Virus record (IMG/VR): IMGVR_UViG_3300025646_005470
From: a virus
Direction: 5' to 3' (one strand)
Length of the DNA stretch: 64,000 nt
The notes under the pieces: model-generated
Told to the model about the DNA's origin: nothing
Databases searched by the model: none
Seen by the model: only the letters and a program-made list of their open reading frames with translations
Position numbers and translations under genes: made by a program
Shown here: piece by piece, positions 1 through 8,113 of the stretch
How positions within the stretch are numbered: the stretch's first letter is position 1
Layout of the letters: each line of letters begins with the position of its first letter

Positions 1-1544
1 GCCCCCAAAGATTGTTCCATTGTAGCGTCATATTTGGTTAAAAAGTCTGTCATACGCACAATTAACAGCAATGCTGACACTAGATCATCATGCTCTCCTG
101 ATTTTGCTTCAAACGAATTGCCTTTTGCAACAAAAACCTTTAGCTCTCGTATAAGTGGTTTAGAATAAAGTGTGATTTTGTCTGCTTCTACCCATGCTTT
201 TAGTTTAGAACAAGCAGTGACTTTTGATTTGTTGGTTGTGTTGTAGCCTTTACGCACTACTCTACGCTGTTGTCCACCTCGTCTTGGTTCATGTAAGAAA
301 TATCCTGGAAATTTATCTTCTCCCATTTCATCAACAGTTACAATTGCGGCTTCACCAAGTGTATTGTTTTCAATAGTCCAGTATATTTCTGGATTTGGCG
401 TACCACTTGCTCGTAACTGCTGATCTATTTCTTTGAGTATGCTGTGCATTACTCTAACTTGCCCCTGGATAGGTGTTTTATTATGTTGCCATTCAGCAAC
501 TTGTTTGAAATCTGGTAAACTAAACACTTGTATGGCCGCAAAGTCGCCGCCTGTACCCAAACATGGGTCCAATGATACTAAATAGGTGTTGCCTTTTTGT
601 ACTTTTTGATACCAACGTACTTGTCCATGCTTAACCAGTGGTTGTGTACCTTGCAGTGTAATTAATTTTATACCATTAATAAGTGTTTCATCAAATGCAA
701 TAAACTCACATTCGTGTTCTCGTCTAAATCTTTCTTCACCAATACGTTGTCTTTCTTCTTTGGCCCATACTTCATTTCTTTCTGGATGCTGACTCCAGTG
801 TACAAACTTTGGTCTAAAACCATTTAAGCCTACATCTGCTGGATTACCGTATTCATCTTGTAGTTTGTTAGCACCTCTCCATAGTTGTGCAAACAAATCA
901 TCATCATTGTTTGGTGTACTTGTAATAATACACTTACCACCTGTTGACAGTGTTGGTGAAAGTGAAGTCCAAAATTCTCTAGCCTTGTTTTGTGGTTCAA
1001 CGAATGCAAACTCATCCATGTATATCATTGATATAGACATACCACGTCCTGTTGTTTCTGTGGTTGTTTGTGCAATAATTCTTGAACCGTTGTCAAAATC
1101 CATAGATCCTTTGTTGTAGGATGTTACTCCACATCTAATATAGTCTGGACATTCTTCATATGCAAATCTCACACGTTGCATAATGTCTTGAGCACCTTGA
1201 TATTTGTGTGCCGCAATTAGTATTAGTGTGTCTGGATGGAACATAGCATACCATAATAGGTATCCTGCCGCACAGGTTGTCTTGCCTGTTTGTCTAGCAC
1301 ACATGGCAATAGCAAATCTGTAGTTGTTGTATGTTTCTAGTAGTTCTTCTTGAAACGGATATGGATCAAATCTCATTCTACCTTTGGTAGGATGTTGAAT
1401 CCACATGTGTGATTTCATAAAATGTATGTAACCTGTGTCTAAATCTGCACATTTTTTTAAATCTTGTAGTTGTTCTTCTGTGTATTTAGATTTTGAGTAG
1501 GCTTTTTTGACTAGGTTACCTTCTAAAATTTTACTTCTTGCCAT
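1..1544 (-). CDS. gp17: Terminase large subunit (3' end runs off the window; absent from the ORF track)
   Basis: Manual translation from ATG at 1544 (MARSKILEGNLVKKAY...) stays open to the edge. Walker A-like CARQTGKTT, Walker B IYMDEFAFV, ITSTPN coupling motif, nuclease motifs LDPCLGTGGD and HDDLV. Confidence 0.96.
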   Translation of the reverse strand, partial: MARSKILEGNLVKKAYSKSKYTEEQLQDLKKCADLDTGYIHFMKSHMWIQHPTKGRMRFDPYPFQEELLETYNNYRFAIAMCARQTGKTTCAAGYLLWYAMFHPDTLILIAAHKYQGAQDIMQRVRFAYEECPDYIRCGVTSYNKGSMDFDNGSRIIAQTTTETTGRGMSISMIYMDEFAFVEPQNKAREFWTSLSPTLSTGGKCIITSTPNNDDDLFAQLWRGANKLQDEYGNPADVGLNGFRPKFVHWSQHPERNEVWAKEERQRIGEERFRREHECEFIAFDETLINGIKLITLQGTQPLVKHGQVRWYQKVQKGNTYLVSLDPCLGTGGDFAAIQVFSLPDFKQVAEWQHNKTPIQGQVRVMHSILKEIDQQLRASGTPNPEIYWTIENNTLGEAAIVTVDEMGEDKFPGYFLHEPRRGGQQRRVVRKGYNTTNKSKVTACSKLKAWVEADKITLYSKPLIRELKVFVAKGNSFEAKSGEHDDLVSALLLIVRMTDFLTKYDATMEQSLG

Positions 1545-1549
1545 ACTTG

Positions 1550-1557
1550 TATTTATA
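1550..1557 (-). promoter_or_regulatory. T4-type late promoter TATAAATA, 5 nt before the terminase ATG
   Basis: Exact TATAAATA on the minus strand followed by CAAGT-ATG, with no Shine-Dalgarno. Confidence 0.75.
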
Positions 1558-1573
1558 CTAATTATATACGCTG

Positions 1574-2017
1574 TTAATTTTTATCAAGAAAAGAACGTAT
1601 TCTAATTTTATTTTTGTTGGTTACGCAGGTGTTGATAAATGCTGAGAGAAAATCAAAATGATTTCTCAAATCCAAAAATAATGCATCATTTAATCTATCA
1701 CGTGCAAGGTCGTAACTGGATTTTCCAATATTGGAAAAATATTCTTGTGAAAGACCTTTGCGTTGACCATATGTTGGAAACACTCCCATGGTAAACAAAC
1801 AAGTATCTCCTAGTTGTTTGGCTCTAATGCCGTATGGACTATCTAGTTTTAAATAACTTTCTGCAAAACTATCATCAGGTAAAAAATTTGTTTTCTCAAC
1901 ATGGTCTGCAAGAAGCATTATGATATATGTTTCAATATCAAATGATAAATCATAACCGTATGTGTCTTGTGTTTCTTTTACTATACTATGAAACACAGAA
2001 CAATAACTGTCTTGCAT
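1574..2017 (-). CDS. Hypothetical phage protein (147 aa)
   Basis: Intact ORF in the gene-dense minus-strand block; TAAATA 5 nt upstream of the ATG. Confidence 0.8.
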   Translation of the reverse strand: MQDSYCSVFHSIVKETQDTYGYDLSFDIETYIIMLLADHVEKTNFLPDDSFAESYLKLDSPYGIRAKQLGDTCLFTMGVFPTYGQRKGLSQEYFSNIGKSSYDLARDRLNDALFLDLRNHFDFLSAFINTCVTNKNKIRIRSFLDKN

Positions 2018-2035
2018 ACAAATATTTATGGTATA

Positions 2036-2404
2036 CTAGTAAGCAAGTAATACTATAATATAATATGTAACGTAATGAAGCATCTGATCAATAGATGCAA
2101 AAAACCAATATCCCCGTGATGGTGATTGTATACCAAAATATTTTTGTGTTCTTGATTTTACATGATCAATATTCCAATGTGCTAGATAATCTAACAAAGA
2201 TAATAACAATGCAAACTGCCAAGAAACAAAAAATATCAAAACTAAAAATGCTAGTATACCGTGTTGCAGATAGTGTGCCTGACCCATTAGAGAAAAATAG
2301 TTTGATTTTTTTTGACTGTAATGAATAAGACTTTGAAGATAGAGATCAGCGACTGCATGTTTGAATAGTAGAAAAAGGAACAGCGTCATTCCTTCTACAA
2401 ACAT
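2036..2404 (-). CDS. Small membrane protein, DUF3307-like
   Basis: Hydrophobic segments with H-x2-AD (KHAVADLYLQ), HW.ID (AHWNIDHVK) and DQMLH motifs typical of DUF3307. Confidence 0.65.
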   Translation of the reverse strand: MFVEGMTLFLFLLFKHAVADLYLQSLIHYSQKKSNYFSLMGQAHYLQHGILAFLVLIFFVSWQFALLLSLLDYLAHWNIDHVKSRTQKYFGIQSPSRGYWFFASIDQMLHYVTYYIIVLLAY

Positions 2405-2405
2405 A

Positions 2406-2714
2406 CTATTCTGATTTAAAATCTAAATATTCTTGAGCTAAACGTTGTTCTTTTTCTTCCAACGTTTCTTCAATTGGATTATCACCATGTCTAGCAGGAA
2501 CAAATCTTAATTTTCTCTGTGCCTTTTTAGTTGGTGTTAATGCGTCAATGTCAATGTCTTGCTCATTCGGTTCAGTTGTTGCGTCTAAAGTTACTTCGTC
2601 TTCTTCTGCAACATCTTCTTCTGCTTTAGGTTGTACAACTAAAATAGTTGGCTGAATCCCAGCAAGTGTAAGTAATCTTGACAACGCATCATTTTCATTA
2701 ATTTTGTCTGACAT
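2406..2714 (-). CDS. Acidic hypothetical protein, possible head-associated protein
   Basis: Coupled to the upstream gene (TAATG overlap); N-terminal LSRLLTLAG resembles the scaffold C-terminus. Confidence 0.7.
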   Translation of the reverse strand: MSDKINENDALSRLLTLAGIQPTILVVQPKAEEDVAEEDEVTLDATTEPNEQDIDIDALTPTKKAQRKLRFVPARHGDNPIEETLEEKEQRLAQEYLDFKSE

Positions 2715-3283
2715 TACTTTTTTCCTTTCGCAATATAACTTGTAACTTTTGATTCTTGTAATCCAGTTACTACTTCAACATTGCCGCCTTCGCTTTTTTG
2801 TTCTTTAGCAAGTGCTTTTAAAAAATTTTGTTTTGATTTTTCATCATGTACAATACCTTTAGTATCTGCTGATTCTTGTTTTGCATAGTCTTGTCCCATA
2901 ATTGGTTCATAAGCATCATTAGATTTTTGTGCATTTAGTTTTTCTTGTTCTTGATTTAAAGGATCACCTTCGTGTGTTACTACTACACATTCGTATGGTA
3001 AACCCATTCTGTCTGATAAATGTCTTGCAAGTGTATCATATGATACTGGCATAGCAGTTGTAACTTCAACTATTGTTACTTCTGTATTGGTAACATTTGC
3101 TGGAAAATGCAGTGGATGTTCCTGCATAATAGTTTTTTTAGGGCTACCTATTTTTACTACACTGTATGGTGCAAGTGCTAATTCCATTGCATCTAGGTGT
3201 GAGTTTTCAAGTATACCTGCAAAGTGTACTTTAAATGTGTACTCTTTTACTGCTTCTGCTAGATATTCTTTAAATGTTTTCAT
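2714..3283 (-). CDS. Putative internal head protein with a T4-type capsid-targeting N-terminus
   Basis: Begins MKTFKEYLAE; AGGA SD and TAAATA upstream. Confidence 0.7.
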   Translation of the reverse strand: MKTFKEYLAEAVKEYTFKVHFAGILENSHLDAMELALAPYSVVKIGSPKKTIMQEHPLHFPANVTNTEVTIVEVTTAMPVSYDTLARHLSDRMGLPYECVVVTHEGDPLNQEQEKLNAQKSNDAYEPIMGQDYAKQESADTKGIVHDEKSKQNFLKALAKEQKSEGGNVEVVTGLQESKVTSYIAKGKK

Positions 3284-3301
3284 CGTTAATTTCCTATAAT
3301 T

Positions 3302-3889
3302 TTATTTATCTTTTTTATCGTTATCTACTCTATCTAAGATCTGCTTTAATAGTTCATTACGATCACCTACAACATAGCCTTCTCCTTCAACTATATCCGC
3401 ACTAGAATCGCCTGTTTTGCTCATTTGATCTATTCTTTGCTTCTTTAATTGTAGTTCAACCATGCGTAATTTCTTTTCTAGTTTAGCATTTTTAGCCTCA
3501 ACAGCGTTTTTAAGCATAGTAGAAGCAACTTCAAACAGTTTGCCTGAATGTCTTACTTCTACATTCATACCTAAATTCATTAGATCTTGATAGGATTTCA
3601 TTGCTTCGTTGGCGTATGTGTCCATGTCTTGATCTTCTGCATCTAGTCCTGTTACTTGTGGTAAAGCACGATCTATTTTTTCAGCAGTTGAAATTGCTCT
3701 TAGGATTGGTGTTGCAGAGGTGTCCTCATTGCTCGTTTCTTCAACTTGCTCACTATTTTCCTTTTGAATTTCTTCACCGCTGTTCTGATGTTGTGCATCC
3801 TCCTCTTTGGTGTCATTTTTTGGCTCATCTAAACCCTCCTTGGCTTGATCTATAATTTCTTCCATTGATATTTTATTTTCGTCTGTCAT
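3302..3889 (-). CDS. Putative terminase small subunit (gp16-like)
   Basis: Helical core (YQDLMNLG...KLFEVASTMLKNAVEAKN...coiled coil) and C-terminal YVVGDRNELLKQI resemble the T4-like gp16 pattern; near gp17. Confidence 0.5.
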   Translation of the reverse strand: MTDENKISMEEIIDQAKEGLDEPKNDTKEEDAQHQNSGEEIQKENSEQVEETSNEDTSATPILRAISTAEKIDRALPQVTGLDAEDQDMDTYANEAMKSYQDLMNLGMNVEVRHSGKLFEVASTMLKNAVEAKNAKLEKKLRMVELQLKKQRIDQMSKTGDSSADIVEGEGYVVGDRNELLKQILDRVDNDKKDK

Positions 3890-3921
3890 AACTAGTTCCT
3901 ATTAACTACGTATATAATTAT

Positions 3922-4824
3922 TTATCCAAGTATTGCACCACCACTAAAAGTTATACCGCCAGACGCTATAATATGTTCATAATCTGCTTGGTATCCTGAG
4001 TTATCACCGGAAGCAAATATAGTTGACATTGTTGCAGTGTTGGGTGCTGTCAAAACTTTTGCCGCGGTGTCTAAATATAATTGATGTCCTAGCGAGTTAT
4101 ATGTTTGTACTCCTGCAGAATTGATTGCACTATCATTCCATTCTGGTGCCATTGAAGTTGAAAACGTTGATATGTAATTCCATTCAGCCGCAACTAACAA
4201 GTAGTAATATTCTCGCATTAACAATGCTCTGAAATCTGCATCGTTGGCAAAGTCACCTGAATATCCTGACGTGTCAAATATTGGATTGCCATCTGATCCA
4301 TTTGTGGTTCTTGCCTGTTGCATAGCATTGTAAATATCGCTTGTTTGATTCATTTGATTCATCTTAGTTGAAAATGTTTGTTGTAGGCCAAACACTGTGA
4401 TTGTGTGTAACAAGTGTTCAACAACTTCCATCACTGCCCCATTGCCTGCTGATACTTCCCAAATAAAATCAACATTTGGATTGTTGTATTTTGTATAATC
4501 AATGCCTGGATAGTTGTCATTGGCATTATCTGCCACTATGCTTGGTGTGTAGGAACCTGGTCCTGAATAACCAAGTAACTGTGATATGCTTGACTGTGCC
4601 ATTTGATTCATAGTGTCGTTTTGATTTGTGGTGTTGATTGATGCTCCCGACCCAAACATCAGTTGCACTGTCTTTGCAACTTTTTTAATCCATGCATCTG
4701 ATACTGCTGTTGCACCACCTAACGTTGGCAGTGCTAATAATTTTATTCCATTTACTAAACAAAATTTTGTCCATGGTGGATAACCAGACGTTGATGTAAT
4801 TGGGCCTCCTGTTTTTGTTGTCAT
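3922..4824 (-). CDS. Hypothetical protein (300 aa) with EHLLHT motif
   Basis: Intact ORF directly after gp4; no family recognised with confidence. Confidence 0.75.
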   Translation of the reverse strand: MTTKTGGPITSTSGYPPWTKFCLVNGIKLLALPTLGGATAVSDAWIKKVAKTVQLMFGSGASINTTNQNDTMNQMAQSSISQLLGYSGPGSYTPSIVADNANDNYPGIDYTKYNNPNVDFIWEVSAGNGAVMEVVEHLLHTITVFGLQQTFSTKMNQMNQTSDIYNAMQQARTTNGSDGNPIFDTSGYSGDFANDADFRALLMREYYYLLVAAEWNYISTFSTSMAPEWNDSAINSAGVQTYNSLGHQLYLDTAAKVLTAPNTATMSTIFASGDNSGYQADYEHIIASGGITFSGGAILG

Positions 4825-4827
4825 GTT

Positions 4828-5256
4828 TTACCTCTTTAGTTTATATATTGAATCTTCGTTGAGTATTCTAAACATAATGCCTTTGCGTTTGCACCATTCT
4901 CCAGCCGCTTTCCATTTGGCTCTGTTTAATGCAATAGTGGCTCTGTCTTTGGCATTTTTTGCCGCTTCTTGTAGTGTTTGGGCTCTTGGCTTTACTTCAA
5001 TCATTTCAGCACGTGGCTTACCACTTTTGGTTAGATACTGTATTAAAAAATCTGGAACATACACTGTGTACTTGCCTGTGAAAGGATTGCGATAGGGTAT
5101 TTTAACAGGTTCACTTGACCATGCAACAATATTTGGATTTGTATCACAAAATTGCATGAATGCCGCTTCCCAACTTGATCTATAAATTGGTACTCGCTGA
5201 CCCACATACTTGCGTGGGTTTTTCATTTCAAATTGTCCTTGTTTAAAATATGCCAT
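4828..5256 (-). CDS. gp4: Head completion nuclease (gp4-like, PD-(D/E)XK / TnsA-N-like fold)
   Basis: KNPRKYVG...IYRSSWEAAFMQFCDTNPNIVAWSSEP...IPY..P...Y.PDF...IEVKP pattern. ATG at 5256 preferred over the track's TTG at 5259. Confidence 0.9.
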   Translation of the reverse strand: MAYFKQGQFEMKNPRKYVGQRVPIYRSSWEAAFMQFCDTNPNIVAWSSEPVKIPYRNPFTGKYTVYVPDFLIQYLTKSGKPRAEMIEVKPRAQTLQEAAKNAKDRATIALNRAKWKAAGEWCKRKGIMFRILNEDSIYKLKR

Positions 5257-5275
5257 CAATAGTATTTAACCACTA

Positions 5276-5716
5276 TTAATAGGCAATCATTCTTTTGATG
5301 TGGTTTGGTGTTTGTGAAACTGTTATAACTGTTCCAATTTGACTAGTAGTTGGTCTATAATGGTTAATTAATGTTAAGCCTAAATTAGAAAATGAAACTG
5401 GATCCGAAGTTGATGTAAACAATTCATCAACTGTAATGTTTAAAGTTTTTACAGCATCAATGCAAAGTAATGCGTATGCTTTTGCAAGTTGTAATTCTGT
5501 TCCTTCTGATGTGAAAATAGCAAGTATTCTATCGTAATGTGCTGGAGAAATTTGTGTTTGTACACCTCCATATTGATTTAATATTAATGTTGTTACATCT
5601 TGTGCATTTAATTTTGGCTGTGCATTTTGAATTGCATTAAACACATTTCCAAATAATGCAACTATTTTACTTTCACCACCTACTCTTGCTATTTGTTTTG
5701 TACTTTGATTTGCCAT
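5276..5716 (-). CDS. Hypothetical protein (146 aa)
   Basis: Intact ORF between the tube-like gene and gp4; GAGG SD. Confidence 0.75.
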   Translation of the reverse strand: MANQSTKQIARVGGESKIVALFGNVFNAIQNAQPKLNAQDVTTLILNQYGGVQTQISPAHYDRILAIFTSEGTELQLAKAYALLCIDAVKTLNITVDELFTSTSDPVSFSNLGLTLINHYRPTTSQIGTVITVSQTPNHIKRMIAY

Positions 5717-5724
5717 ATTAACCT

Positions 5725-7347
5725 CTAATAATTAGTTGAGAATCTTGTTCCTTGTCTTATAGCATTGCCATTTGAATCTTTTATGATTTTACCACTAGAA
5801 TCTTTTACTACTCCTCCTTTTGGTGGTACATAATTTTTACTATCTGCATTGTATTTGCCAGTTCCTGCTGTTGCACTTTTAAACTTATCACCTAACCCTC
5901 CAAAAAAGTCTGTACTACTTCCGCCTGATTTTCCGCCAGCACTAAAACTTGATACTGCTGATTTTGTAGTACTGTAAACTTCACTAGCAATTTTATCAAT
6001 AGCATCACTAAAAGGTGTTGTACTAATGTTTTGTAAACTTCCGCCATATGCCGCACCTGCTGATGTTACATTGTGTGCAAATGCTTGTGAATTCATTACA
6101 TTTGATCCGCTACCTACTGTTGCTGATCGTTGTTCGTCTGGCATTGCAGTTGTTAATCTTGTCCAGTCAATTTGTGTATTAGATGTTCCGGAACTACCTT
6201 CTGCTGGTGTTGTTGCAGTTATAGGTGTATCTGGCATTGTTAAACTATTTTGAAAATATTCATCAAAATTAATTGATACATCTTTAGCATCGGCCATATC
6301 ATAATTTAATGTTTCATATATAACTGTTTCATATGCAAACTGCATACCAATTTCAATTGGTGCACTTGATTCATAAGTTAATGTATCATGGTCCATTGAT
6401 ATTATTTTAGGATGTACAAATCTAATTAAATTATATTTTCTTCCATGCACTATAAACAAATCTAAACTTTTAATTGGGTAAGTTGTATTACTAATACTTG
6501 ACTCTAAACCAAAACTGTGTTGAGTTAAAAAATCTGATTCAGAAGATAGAGGATTTGTTTGATACAATCCTTTTTTATGTTGTCTATTGCCTCCATACTG
6601 GTCACTTCTATTTCTACCGTCTTTTAAATTTAATTCATACAAGTACTTAAATAGTTTAAGTGCGGCATTATTCATTGTATCATAAAAACGCACACTAATT
6701 GGATCATAATCAATACGTCTATATACATTTCTTTTTCTATTATATTGATTTAATGTATCATATTGAAAATTAACTTTTGGACCATCAATTTGTTTAATAT
6801 TAAAAACTAAAGAACGTTTAAGAGCATCCATTGCCCCTGAACGAGTTCTTTTTAAATCTGCTACTCGTTGACTAAACATTCCTGGAGGTCCTGAACCTAT
6901 ACTTTGTTGGTTTGTAAGTATTTGTTGATCTAATGATTCTATTTGTTCGCTATTAGCAAAAATTGTTTCAAACAAATCTTCACCTGCAAATCTAAATGTT
7001 GCAAGGTATTCAAATTTTTGTCTTGGAACACCAGTCATCAATGCTGTTGGTGACTGCCTTAATGAAAATGTATCTTGAGCTTTTGTTGGACCTTGTATTA
7101 TTGGATCACTTTTATTTGATGATCCTCTTTGAAAACTATTTTCGTTATTGACTTGAGCAATTGCTACTCTATTATAGTCATCTGTGTTCAAACTGTTGAT
7201 TGCTTGTTCGTTTTGTAATCTTAAAGTATTTTCTAAAGCCCCTGCCGCGGCTTGAAGTTCTGCTTCTGTGGAGACCGCAAGTTCAGTGTTCGCTTCAATG
7301 AACTTTGCGATCTCCGGAGTAATTTTGCTTGGGTCGACTGTACTCAT
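5725..7347 (-). CDS. Tail-tube-fold baseplate/tube-cap protein (gp48/gp54-like) with low-complexity extensions
   Basis: KQIDGPKVNFQYDTLNQYNRKRNVYRRIDYDPISVRFYD and ISMDHDTLTYE...IGMQFAYE match the gp19-like tube fold; directly after the tube gene. Confidence 0.65.
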   Translation of the reverse strand: MSTVDPSKITPEIAKFIEANTELAVSTEAELQAAAGALENTLRLQNEQAINSLNTDDYNRVAIAQVNNENSFQRGSSNKSDPIIQGPTKAQDTFSLRQSPTALMTGVPRQKFEYLATFRFAGEDLFETIFANSEQIESLDQQILTNQQSIGSGPPGMFSQRVADLKRTRSGAMDALKRSLVFNIKQIDGPKVNFQYDTLNQYNRKRNVYRRIDYDPISVRFYDTMNNAALKLFKYLYELNLKDGRNRSDQYGGNRQHKKGLYQTNPLSSESDFLTQHSFGLESSISNTTYPIKSLDLFIVHGRKYNLIRFVHPKIISMDHDTLTYESSAPIEIGMQFAYETVIYETLNYDMADAKDVSINFDEYFQNSLTMPDTPITATTPAEGSSGTSNTQIDWTRLTTAMPDEQRSATVGSGSNVMNSQAFAHNVTSAGAAYGGSLQNISTTPFSDAIDKIASEVYSTTKSAVSSFSAGGKSGGSSTDFFGGLGDKFKSATAGTGKYNADSKNYVPPKGGVVKDSSGKIIKDSNGNAIRQGTRFSTNY

Positions 7348-7371
7348 AAATACTCCCTCCGTATATTAACT

Positions 7372-7974
7372 TTAGTTGATACCTGTTGTGCCACCAAATG
7401 TTAATGGGAAGTTAGGGAATATCTCTCCGCCGCCTGGACCAAAGTGTGTTGCATTGTCATATCTCATTGTCATGATAACTTGTACTGGTTCTGAAACCGC
7501 ATAATCACCATCTGAGTAGTCAACATTCTGTAAGAAACAACCTTCTAAGTTCCACTGTTCTAATTCAGCATCGTTAGTACCATCTAAGATTTCAATCTTT
7601 GTAGTGAATTTGTACTGACCACCACTGATTGGACCAGTTTGTTCAAAGTGGTTTAACTGCTTCTGAACTTGCTGACCTGTTAATCTTGAGATACTGTTAT
7701 TGATGTCATCACGTAGAGTAATTGTTACCGGTTCCCACGTGTGTTTACCCATCAAGTATGCTACTGAGTTATAAACATGTACAGGAACTTCTTCGTGTGT
7801 TACTTTTGGTCTTGTTATGTTCATAACCTGCTGAGTTAAATCAACTGGGTTAGCACCTAAGTTACCAAAACCTGTGAAACGTACTCTAAAACGATATTTA
7901 AGTTTTGGTTGTAAAATACCACCTCTACCTGTAGCACCGTCTATTGGAACGCCAAATTTGTTTAATGTAGCCAT
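7372..7974 (-). CDS. gp19: Tail tube protein
   Basis: PKLKYRFRV, TWEPVTITLRDD, W.LEGCF, DY...EP...MTMRYDNA; directly downstream of the sheath gene. Confidence 0.9.
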   Translation of the reverse strand: MATLNKFGVPIDGATGRGGILQPKLKYRFRVRFTGFGNLGANPVDLTQQVMNITRPKVTHEEVPVHVYNSVAYLMGKHTWEPVTITLRDDINNSISRLTGQQVQKQLNHFEQTGPISGGQYKFTTKIEILDGTNDAELEQWNLEGCFLQNVDYSDGDYAVSEPVQVIMTMRYDNATHFGPGGGEIFPNFPLTFGGTTGIN

Positions 7975-8060
7975 TGTAATCTCTCCTTACAAATTAATTT
8001 GTATTACTAGTATTTAGTCAAATATAGGAAAATTTAAGAAAAAGTTTGAACTTAAAGGGT

Positions 8061-8098
8061 AAAAAAAAGGCTACTGCATCTCTACAGTAGCCTTTTTT
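8061..8098. terminator. Intrinsic terminator (bidirectional shape) between sheath and tube genes
   Basis: GGCTACTG / CAGTAGCC 8-bp stem flanked by an A8 tract on one side and a T6 tract on the other. Confidence 0.85.
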
Positions 8099-8113
8099 GG
8101 TGTATTTTAACTA

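Noticed and set aside
4828-5256. TnsA-like nuclease suggesting a Tn7-type transposon
   Set aside because: The sequence matches T4 gp4 head-completion nucleases; no tnsB/C genes or terminal repeats are present.
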